Shown: piece by piece, positions 17,292 through 24,769 of the stretch
Layout: every line of letters starts with the position of its first letter
Numbering within the stretch: position 1 is the stretch's first letter
Position numbers and translations under genes: made by a program
Assembly (NCBI GenBank): GCA_046597375.1
Contig: JBKJKM010000168.1
Span: 1 to 51,373 of the forward strand
DNA from: Acidimicrobiales bacterium
Lineage (GTDB): Bacteria > Actinomycetota > Acidimicrobiia > Acidimicrobiales > CADCTF01
Reading direction: 5' to 3'
DNA length: 51,373 nt
The notes under the pieces: generated by a model
What the model was told of the DNA's origin: nothing
Databases searched by the model: none
Seen by the model: only the letters and a program-made list of their open reading frames with translations

Positions 17292-18134
17292 ATGTCCAGC
17301 AAGTCCATCCGCCGCCTGACCATCTTCACCACTGGAGTCGCCCTTGGCCTGACCTCTCTCACCGTCGATGCATCCGCGCTGACTCCGGCCCCTGACCCCG
17401 TCGGCAACAACGGGACCATCAAGGTGGACGGGATCGACTACGACGACACCCCGGGCAACGAGCCGCACGTCGATTGCAAGTTCTCGATCGACTTCTTCGG
17501 GTTCGACGCCGACGATCATGCCGACGTCCGGTTCTATGCGCAGCCTCCCACTGGCGACCAAGAGTTGCTGAAGGAGGACCTCGCACAGCTCGTGAGTGTC
17601 GATGGTGCCGCCGGCGGTCCGAACGACGTCGATGAGTCCTTGGAGTACGACGCCACAACCTGGTTCACCGGCCTCGCCCATGATCAGCAGGGGTACCACG
17701 TCAAGGTCGAGGCGAACATCGTCGGAGCACCGGGAGGCGCCAAGCAGAAGGTCTTCTGGATCAACTGCCCGCCGGTCGTCGAGGAGATCGTTGTCGAGGA
17801 GATCGTTCTCGAGAAGGTTGTTCTCGAGGAAGTCGTTCTCGAGAAGGTCGTTCTCCAGGAAGTCGTTCTCGAGAAAGTCGTTCTCCAGGAAGTCGTCATC
17901 GAGCAGAAGCTGGTCCTCGAAGAGGTCATCGTGGTTGCGGAGTCGGTCCTCGCATCGGACGCAGTGCAACCTTCTACGCAGGTGCTCGGCGTCACCTTCA
18001 CAAGCGCACCACCCCTCGCCCGCACGGGCTTGGACACCGGCGTCATGGCGATGGTGGCCGGTCTCCTGCTCGCTCTCGGATCGATCCTGGTCCGGCTGGG
18101 CCGAGTGCCGGCACCCACCGTCGGTAACTCGTAG
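17292..18134 (+). CDS. Secreted surface protein with LAXTG (LARTG) sorting signal and an internal V-V-L-E-x pentad repeat
   Basis: ATG at 17292 follows GGGAGAG. Signal peptide MSSKSIRRLTIFTTGVALGLTSLTVDASA. N-terminal domain: GNNGTIKVDG...NEPHVDCKFSIDFFGFD. LARTG lies at 18015-18029, followed by a hydrophobic helix and RLGR. Confidence 0.75.
   Translation: MSSKSIRRLTIFTTGVALGLTSLTVDASALTPAPDPVGNNGTIKVDGIDYDDTPGNEPHVDCKFSIDFFGFDADDHADVRFYAQPPTGDQELLKEDLAQLVSVDGAAGGPNDVDESLEYDATTWFTGLAHDQQGYHVKVEANIVGAPGGAKQKVFWINCPPVVEEIVVEEIVLEKVVLEEVVLEKVVLQEVVLEKVVLQEVVIEQKLVLEEVIVVAESVLASDAVQPSTQVLGVTFTSAPPLARTGLDTGVMAMVAGLLLALGSILVRLGRVPAPTVGNS
17775..17936 (+). repeat. About 11 tandem copies of a 15-bp unit (gtcgttctcgagaag-like) encoding VVEEI/VVLEK/VVLEE/VVLQE pentads
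   Basis: Read directly from the DNA and the translation (VVEEIVVEEIVLEKVVLEEVVLEKVVLQEVVLEKVVLQEVVIEQKLVLEEVIVV). Confidence 0.9.
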
Positions 18135-18182
18135 AACTCGGCAACGCCGGGGTTCGCCTCGGAAGTCCGAAGTTCGAAATGA

Positions 18183-18214
18183 AAGAGGTCCCCGGCATTG
18201 ACCGGGGACCTCTT
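18183..18214 (+). terminator. Strong hairpin after the LAXTG protein gene (intrinsic-terminator-like, no U-tract)
   Basis: AAGAGGTCCCCGG cattga CCGGGGACCTCTT: a perfect 13-bp stem with a 6-nt loop, 49 nt after the stop. Confidence 0.6.
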
Positions 18215-18349
18215 CGCGCCTCCGAGCAAATTGCGGTCCGATCTCGATCGACTCAGTTTGATGGTGGCGCAGCGAGCCGGCCGATCGCTTCGCTGACCGT
18301 CGACCGTCACCCCGGCTGACCCACGGACCTTGCGCACTACGGTCGTTTT

Positions 18350-19744
18350 GTGAACTTCCCGGACCCCTACGACCTTGTCGTGATCGGGGGCGGGCCGGCG
18401 GGGGAAAAGGCTGCGGCCCAGGCTGCGTACTGGGGGAAGCGAGTGGCACTGGTGGAACGACGCCCGGTGCTCGGCGGCACGATGGCGGGGGGCGCTGTCG
18501 CATCGAAGACGATGCGGGAAGCCGCGTTGTACCTGACGAGTTTTCAGGGTCGAGATGTCTATGACGTCGGCCTCGACCTGTCGCCGGCGGTTGCGATGGC
18601 TCGGCTGCGCTCACGGACGGATGGCGTGGCCGAGGCCGTCACCAATGGGACAGCCGCCAATATGAGCCGGCACCGAGTCGATGTCGTACCCGGACACGGA
18701 CGCCTTGGCGTCGACCGCACCGTGATCGTCACCGGCGGCCCCTCGGATGTCACCCTGCAGGGCGAGGTCGTGCTTCTCGCGCCGGGTTCCCGGGCGTACC
18801 GCCCTTCGGGCGTGCCGTTCGACGGAACGCGTGTTCTCGACGCCGACGAGGCGGCGCGCCTCGAAGAGCCGCTCTCGCAGGTCGCCGTGGTGGGCGGCGG
18901 GGCGGTCGGCTGCGAATTCGCCTCGATCTTCCTCGCGCTCGGCGCCGAGGTCACACTGGTCGACAGCGGGCCCCGCCTGCTTCCGTTCGTCGACGAGGAA
19001 CTGGCCGACCTGCTGGCGGCGACCTTTCGAGCGCGGGGGATGCGCGTCGTGCAGAACGAGGGGCGAGCCGATGTCGAGCGATTGCCCGACGGCGTCGCGG
19101 TCGTGCTCAAAAGCGGGGAGCGCCTGCGAACAGAGGCCGTCATCCTCGCCACCGGACGAGCCGGGAACACGTCGGACCTCTTCCTCGACCGCGCCGGCGT
19201 CGACGTGGACGAACGGGGCCGGATCATCGTCGACGCACGCTTCCGCACGACCGCAGCGGGCGTCTACGCCGCGGGTGACGTTGTCGGCCCGCCGGCGCTG
19301 GCTTCGGTGTCCATGGAGCAGGCACGCGTCGCCATGTGCTGGGCCTTCGATTTGCCCCTCAAGCGCGACCTCGAGGAACTTGCTCCCTTTGGTGTCTACG
19401 CCATCCCCGAGGTGGCGATGGTCGGCATGACAGAGCGGGCCGCGGCCGCAGTGGGAATTGACTACGTGGTCGGGCGTTCCGACTTCTCCGGCAACACGCG
19501 CTCATTGATCGCGGGCGCAACGGACGGTCTGCTCAAGTTGGTGGCGCGGCGAGACGACCACCGCCTGCTCGGCGTCCACATCCTCGGCAGCGCGGCCACA
19601 GAGCTGATCCACCTCGGACAAGCCGCGCTGCACTTCCACGCTGGAATCGAATACTTCATCCACACGACGTTCAACGTGCCGACACTCACGGAGGCCTACA
19701 AGTACGCGGCGTACGACGCCCTAGGGGCGGCAGAACGCGAGTAA
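18350..19744 (+). CDS. sthA: Soluble pyridine nucleotide transhydrogenase-like flavoprotein (pyridine nucleotide-disulfide oxidoreductase family without the redox CxxxxC)
   Basis: 464 aa with a GTG start. FAD fold VVIGGGPAGEKAA, NAD fold VVGGGAVGCEFAS, GD motif YAAGDV. The position of the Lpd redox disulfide reads GGTMAGGAVASKT (no Cys pair), as in STH-type enzymes. Confidence 0.75.
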   Translation: MNFPDPYDLVVIGGGPAGEKAAAQAAYWGKRVALVERRPVLGGTMAGGAVASKTMREAALYLTSFQGRDVYDVGLDLSPAVAMARLRSRTDGVAEAVTNGTAANMSRHRVDVVPGHGRLGVDRTVIVTGGPSDVTLQGEVVLLAPGSRAYRPSGVPFDGTRVLDADEAARLEEPLSQVAVVGGGAVGCEFASIFLALGAEVTLVDSGPRLLPFVDEELADLLAATFRARGMRVVQNEGRADVERLPDGVAVVLKSGERLRTEAVILATGRAGNTSDLFLDRAGVDVDERGRIIVDARFRTTAAGVYAAGDVVGPPALASVSMEQARVAMCWAFDLPLKRDLEELAPFGVYAIPEVAMVGMTERAAAAVGIDYVVGRSDFSGNTRSLIAGATDGLLKLVARRDDHRLLGVHILGSAATELIHLGQAALHFHAGIEYFIHTTFNVPTLTEAYKYAAYDALGAAERE

Positions 19745-20059
19745 TGGGGACGGTGGTGGACCTGTCACTCCAACCCCCGCACAGGACGGGCTAGCGCTGC
19801 AGAGCCTCCACGATGCCGGGCAACGCCTCTTCGATCGTCAGCGCGATCTTCGTGTCGAGTTCGAGCCATTTGCGCGTATGCCAGCGCTTGCGTATGGAGG
19901 GATCTCGAGTCGCTTTCGTCAGCGATCACCACACCGCCACTTCCGTCGGCAAGACGTAGTGGGCGAGTGCAGTCTCCGCTGGTGGCCATCGAACGTCCCC
20001 ACCTTGGACTGACCCGGAGGAGGAGAGGAGCTGTCGTCGATACTGGGCACGTGCGGGCC

Positions 20060-20347
20060 ATGGAGTTCCAATTCGAAGGCACCGTCGTCGAGTGGCGCGG
20101 GCCCGCCCCCTTCTACTTTGTGGCCATCCCCACGGAGGAGAGCGCCGACATCAAACTCGTCGCAAAGGGGATCGAGTATTGGGGGCAAGTGCCGGTGACG
20201 GTTCGTATCAGAGATACCCAGTTCTCGACGGCACTGTTCCCCAAGGACGGCCGCTACCTCCTGCCATTGAAGGTTGCGGTCCGCAAGTCAACAGCGATCG
20301 AGGTCGATCAGATCGTGGCGGTCAAGTTGAGCGTCGGACGGCAGTAG
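20060..20347 (+). CDS. DUF1905-family small protein
   Basis: 95 aa starting at the ATG at 20060. The pattern FEGTVVEWRGPAPFYFVAIP...GQVPVTVRI.DT.F.TALFPKDGRYLLPLK matches the family. Confidence 0.7.
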   Translation: MEFQFEGTVVEWRGPAPFYFVAIPTEESADIKLVAKGIEYWGQVPVTVRIRDTQFSTALFPKDGRYLLPLKVAVRKSTAIEVDQIVAVKLSVGRQ

Positions 20348-20461
20348 CGAGGAGCGGGTGCATGGGATCGAAGACTTGCCCGCTCGAGAGTCGGGCAGAT
20401 CAACTGTGCGCGACCGCTCGCCGAATCAGTAGCGCAACTGGTCCGCGTAGGCTGGCTGGTC

Positions 20462-21907
20462 GTGGTCGACCTCGCCTCCCGTCTCGCCGGCCACTCCACC
20501 GCAACCGCACTGCTCGAGCGCGGCGATCGCGTCACCTATGGCGAGCTGAGCGACCGTGTCCTTCGGACCGCTGCGGCGCTGCGGGCAGCCGGTCTGGCCG
20601 ACGGTGCGCGAGTGGCAGTAGCCGCGGCGTGTACCACCGACGGCGTGGTCGCCTACCTCGGCGTGCAAGCGGCCGGACTTCTGCCCGTGATGGTCAGCCC
20701 CCGCTCTCCGGCCGCCGAGCTGCAACGCCGCTTCGACGAAGTCGACCCCGCCCTCGTGATCCTCGGGGCATCGGCCCGAGCCGAGGTGCCGGAGGGCATC
20801 CGAGTCGTGCGGCCGGCTGGGTCCACTGCAGGCGATGCAGAAGTGCTCACGGCGGGGCCGGCCGGCGTGGCGGAGGTGGGCGAGGACGATCCGGCGGTGG
20901 TGCTCTACACGAGTGGTGTCTCCGGGATGCCGAGGCCCGTGGTCCTCACCCACGGCAACCTCAGCGCGACCCGCACCGGCCTGATCTCCGCTCCTGGCGC
21001 CGGCCTCGACCCCCGCACCGTCGCCTTTGCCGGTCTGCCGATGTCACACGTCTTCGGCTTGAACAGCATCATCGGCACGGTGTTGCGGGCGGGGGGCAAG
21101 CTCGTCCTCCACGAGACCTTCGACCCGGTCGAGGCAGCCGAGCTCGTGGCCAGGCACCGCGTGACCGCCCTCAGCGCCGTGCCCCTGATGTGGAAGAGGC
21201 TCGCCGACGTCGGCGAGCGGGCCCTCTTCGCCACCATCGACCGTGCCACCTTCGCTGCCGCTCCGATGCCGATAGGGGTCGCCACTGCGGTAGCTGAATC
21301 TCTCGGACTGGTCGTCGCCGGTGGCTTCGGGTTGACCGAGACGGCCGGCACGATCTGCCACGACGACCCGACGCAGCCGCACCCGGGCTCTGTTGGCTAC
21401 ACGCTCGGCTCCACGGAACTGCGCTTGGTCGACGACGGCGAGGACGCCCTCGAAGGCGACATCGGGGAGATTTGGCTGCGGGGTCCGTCGGTGGCCCTCG
21501 CCTACCTCGATGGCACGCCGCTGGATCGCACGGAGGAGGGTTGGTTCCGGACGGGCGACCTCGGCGTGCTCGACGACGATGGTCGACTGACGATCGTCGA
21601 CCGCCAGAAGGACGTCATCAACATCAGCGGCTTCAACGTGTCTCCCGTCGAGGTCGAGCTCGCGCTGATGGCGCACGACGCGGTGGATGCCTCGGTCGTC
21701 GTCGGCGAGGTCGACCACGACCGTGAGGTGGTGGTCGCCCACGTGACCCTCCGGTCCGGGCTGACGGCGACGCAGTCCGATCTCATCGAACACTGTCGGA
21801 CCCAGCTATCGCGTTACAAGGTGCCGACGCGCATTCTGATCCACGACGAGCTGCCTGTGACCGATTCGGGCAAGGCCCTGCGCCGACTGCTCGACCGCAG
21901 CGCCTGA
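20462..21907 (+). CDS. AMP-dependent acyl-CoA synthetase/ligase (FadD-like)
   Basis: 481 aa. Motifs YTSGVSGMPRPV, GFGLTET, WFRTGD, DRQKDVINISGFNV, and the terminal GK. Confidence 0.9.
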   Translation: MVDLASRLAGHSTATALLERGDRVTYGELSDRVLRTAAALRAAGLADGARVAVAAACTTDGVVAYLGVQAAGLLPVMVSPRSPAAELQRRFDEVDPALVILGASARAEVPEGIRVVRPAGSTAGDAEVLTAGPAGVAEVGEDDPAVVLYTSGVSGMPRPVVLTHGNLSATRTGLISAPGAGLDPRTVAFAGLPMSHVFGLNSIIGTVLRAGGKLVLHETFDPVEAAELVARHRVTALSAVPLMWKRLADVGERALFATIDRATFAAAPMPIGVATAVAESLGLVVAGGFGLTETAGTICHDDPTQPHPGSVGYTLGSTELRLVDDGEDALEGDIGEIWLRGPSVALAYLDGTPLDRTEEGWFRTGDLGVLDDDGRLTIVDRQKDVINISGFNVSPVEVELALMAHDAVDASVVVGEVDHDREVVVAHVTLRSGLTATQSDLIEHCRTQLSRYKVPTRILIHDELPVTDSGKALRRLLDRSA

Positions 21908-21908
21908 A

Positions 21909-22535
21909 TCAGGCGACCTCGCCCCGTCGCTTCATGTACTTGTCGACGTAGGTCTGCCCGCAGAGCTGGGCGATCTCGAACATCAGGTCGTCCGTCATCT
22001 GCCGGGGGGCGAGCGCCGGGTCCGCCCTCGACCGGTATCGCTCGGCGGGGATCGGCTCGCCGAAGCGCACCTTGATCTGCTTGCCGAAGCGGATCACGGT
22101 GATCGGATCGCTCGCCGCCTGCATCTTGTCCGTGCCGACGAGGCCGACCGGGACGATGGGTGCGCCGGTGCGCAACGACAGGCGCGCCGCCCCCGTCTTC
22201 CCCTTGTGTAGCAAGCCGTCTCGGCTGCGAGTGCCTTCCGGGAAGACGCCGAACAGGTCGCCAGCGGCCAGGACGGCGGCGGCGGCGTCGAGGGCGGCCT
22301 TGCCCGAATCGGGGTTCGCACGGTCCACAGGGATGTTGCCGAAGGCCAGGAAGGCGAAGCGGGTGGTCCAGTCGTCGACGTACTCGGACTTGCCGATGAA
22401 TCGAACCATGCGCGGCAGCACGCCCATCAGGACCGTCGAGTCGTGGACCGAGAGGTGGTTGGGAGCGATGATGGCCGGCCCTTTGGCCGGTACATGCTCG
22501 ATTCCTTCGACCGTCAGCCGTTCGCCGAAGCGCAA
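21909..22535 (-). CDS. 1-acyl-sn-glycerol-3-phosphate acyltransferase-like (PlsC family)
   Basis: Motifs NHLSVHD (HX4D), FIGKSE, FPEGTRS, PIVPV. The first canonical start is a TTG at 22535, yet family-like sequence (SRPLYALARGAIDLLL) continues upstream in frame, so the start is uncertain. Confidence 0.8.
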   Translation of the reverse strand: MRFGERLTVEGIEHVPAKGPAIIAPNHLSVHDSTVLMGVLPRMVRFIGKSEYVDDWTTRFAFLAFGNIPVDRANPDSGKAALDAAAAVLAAGDLFGVFPEGTRSRDGLLHKGKTGAARLSLRTGAPIVPVGLVGTDKMQAASDPITVIRFGKQIKVRFGEPIPAERYRSRADPALAPRQMTDDLMFEIAQLCGQTYVDKYMKRRGEVA

Positions 22536-22611
22536 CAGCAGGTCGATGGCCCCACGCGCGAGGGCGTAGAGCGGACGGCTCGGCTCGTAGGTGGCGACGG
22601 CGATGGGAGCA

Positions 22612-23250
22612 TCATCGCGCCTCGTCGCAGATCGAGGTCAGAGCGACGGCGGCAAGGTCGAGAAGATCCGCGGCGCCGCCGGTCACGACCCATTGGCGCA
22701 GCGCAACCCGCAGCGCCGACATGGCGGCGCCGGCGATCACTTCAGGGCGGGGATCGGCCACGGGGTCGACGTCCATGCGCTCGGCCAGCGCACTGATGAT
22801 CACCCGCTCCAGCCCGCGCTGGACGACGGCGCGGCTGTAGGCGGAGACGGACGGATAGGCCGCAGCCAGCTTCGCTTGGAGGAAGGTGCGCTCGGGATCG
22901 CCCGCATACGACGCAGTGAGCGTGCGGAGCGCGGCGGAGACGGCGACGAGCGGCGGCTCGTCCGCCGGACGGCCGGCGATGGCCGCACGGAATGCGCGCT
23001 CGGCCTCTTCGTCGCCGCCGTAGAGCACCGCCTCCTTGGATGGGAAGTGGCGGAAGAACGTGCGTTGTGAGACGTCGGCGGCCTCGGCGATGTCCTCGGT
23101 CGTCGTCTCGTCGAAGCCGCGCGCCGCAAAGAGGCGCGCCGCCGCCTCGATCAGGTCCTCTCGCGTCTTGCGCTTCTTGCGCTCGCGTCGTCCGATCGCT
23201 TCGATCACCTCAGCGGCTTCGACCGCCGTTCCCGTCGACATGACGGCCAT
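22612..23250 (-). CDS. TetR-family transcriptional regulator
   Basis: HTH region LIEAAARLFAARGFDETTTEDIAEAADVSQRTFFRHFPSK. The ATG at 23250 (or 23241) is preferred over the listed 23304 start, which would cover the operator-like repeats. Confidence 0.85.
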   Translation of the reverse strand: MAVMSTGTAVEAAEVIEAIGRRERKKRKTREDLIEAAARLFAARGFDETTTEDIAEAADVSQRTFFRHFPSKEAVLYGGDEEAERAFRAAIAGRPADEPPLVAVSAALRTLTASYAGDPERTFLQAKLAAAYPSVSAYSRAVVQRGLERVIISALAERMDVDPVADPRPEVIAGAAMSALRVALRQWVVTGGAADLLDLAAVALTSICDEAR

Positions 23251-23270
23251 ACTACGACAGTGAACGCCAA

Positions 23271-23304
23271 ATGTCAGCAACTGTATGATGTCAGCAGTTG
23301 ACAT
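23271..23304. promoter_or_regulatory. Two direct ATGTCAGCA boxes, the second embedded in the palindrome ATGTCAgcagtTGACAT (candidate TetR operator/divergent promoter)
   Basis: Read directly: ATGTCAGCA at 23271-23279 and 23288-23296, palindrome at 23288-23304. The site lies between the TetR gene (minus strand) and the HAD-PlsC gene (plus strand). Confidence 0.4.
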
Positions 23305-23333
23305 CAGTTCCCTTGGCGTCCTAACGTGGTCGG

Positions 23334-24758
23334 GTGACGACCACCGCCGCCATCTTCGATCTCGACCGAACCGTGCTCCACGGTTCCTCGACCCCCGTGA
23401 TCCAGCGCCACCTCAAATTGGCCGGCCTCGCTTCCCGGAACTTCCCCGGTGAGCGGCTGTTCCAGACCGCATATGAGCTCTTCGGCGAATCCGGTCTCGC
23501 CATGCGGGCCGCCCGCCTCCAGTCCGGCGCCACGGCCGGTTGGCGCGTCGACGAGATCGCGGCGGTGGCCGGGAAGATCGCCGACGAGCTGATTGATCAG
23601 GTCCAGTCGTTCGTGCCCGGGTTGCTCAAGGAGCATCGCAACGCAGGCCGCACCCTGGTGCTGGCTACCGCGTCGAACCTGCCGACGGTCGAGGCCCTCG
23701 CCGACCGGCTCGGCTTCGACCACGTCATCGCCACCCGCTGGGCCACCGATGGCGACATCTACACCGGTGAGCTCGACGGGCCGCGGTTGTTCGGCGCCGA
23801 CAAGCGCGACGCCGTCCTCGGCTGGGCGAAGTCGCACAGCATTGACCTCGCGGGGAGCTGGTTCTACACCGACAGCCGCTTCGACGCCGACCTGCTCGGA
23901 GCCGTCGGCCACCCCGTCGCCGTGAATCCCGACGTTCAGCTGGCGATCGTGGCGCGGCTGCGGGGTTGGAAGGTGCGTCATCTCGACAAGCCCGAAGGCG
24001 TCGCCAAGATCGTCGGGCGTGAGCTGCAGGAGTGGCTGCGCCCCCTCAGCCGTCCGGGCCTCGACCCGACGGCGACCATTGTCATCGAGGGCTTGGAGAA
24101 CATCCCCGCCGAGGGTGGCGCCATCCTGGCCTTCAACCATCGCAGCTACTACGACTCGACGGCCATCAGCTACGCCATCAGCCAGTCGGGTCGCAATGGC
24201 CGGTTCCTCGGCAAGAAGGAAGTGTTCGACGTGCCCGTCGCCGGGACGATCGCCAAGGCGATGGGGGGTATTCGTGTCGATCGAGGCACCGGCTCGGACG
24301 AGCCTCTCGAGCAAGCGGCCGAAGCGTTGCGAGGCGGCGACATCATCGCCATGGCCCCGCAGGGCACCATCCCGCGTGGGCCGCCGTTCTTCGACCCCGA
24401 GCTCACGGGGCGGTGGGGCGCGGCCAAGCTGGCGGCAATGACCGGTGTGCCCATCATCCCGGTTGGGCTCTGGGGCACCGACAAGGTGTGGCCGCGCAAC
24501 GAACGGCTCCCGCGCTTCCCCCGGCCGGGCCAGCACAAGCCCGTCGTCACGGTGACCGTCGGCAAGCCGTTCAAGGTGAAGGCGAAAGACCCGGACGAGG
24601 CAACCCGGTCGATCATGCGCAAGATCGTGGCGGTGCTCCCGCCCGAGGCTCGCGAAAAGCGCGTTCCGACCGAGCGCGAGCTCGCCCAGTCTTACCCGTC
24701 CGGATACAAGGGCGATCCCAACCAAGAAGTCGTGCGCCGCCCCGGCCGCGACACCTGA
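23334..24758 (+). CDS. Fusion protein: HAD-IB-type phosphatase domain plus lysophospholipid (PlsC-type) acyltransferase domain
   Basis: 474 aa with a GTG start. HAD motif I is IFDLDRTVL (DxDxT), with LVLATAS and YTDSRFDADLL further on. The acyltransferase half has FNHRSYYD (HX4D), FLGKKE, APQGTIPRG, PIIPVG. Confidence 0.85.
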   Translation: MTTTAAIFDLDRTVLHGSSTPVIQRHLKLAGLASRNFPGERLFQTAYELFGESGLAMRAARLQSGATAGWRVDEIAAVAGKIADELIDQVQSFVPGLLKEHRNAGRTLVLATASNLPTVEALADRLGFDHVIATRWATDGDIYTGELDGPRLFGADKRDAVLGWAKSHSIDLAGSWFYTDSRFDADLLGAVGHPVAVNPDVQLAIVARLRGWKVRHLDKPEGVAKIVGRELQEWLRPLSRPGLDPTATIVIEGLENIPAEGGAILAFNHRSYYDSTAISYAISQSGRNGRFLGKKEVFDVPVAGTIAKAMGGIRVDRGTGSDEPLEQAAEALRGGDIIAMAPQGTIPRGPPFFDPELTGRWGAAKLAAMTGVPIIPVGLWGTDKVWPRNERLPRFPRPGQHKPVVTVTVGKPFKVKAKDPDEATRSIMRKIVAVLPPEAREKRVPTERELAQSYPSGYKGDPNQEVVRRPGRDT

Positions 24759-24769
24759 TCGGAGCGACG

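Noticed and set aside
17775-17936. CRISPR-like array, considered for the tandem repeats here and at 49136-49882, 44127-44159 and 24781-24816
   Set aside because: All are head-to-tail repeats without unique spacers. Three of the four lie in frame inside protein-coding genes. No cas genes are present.
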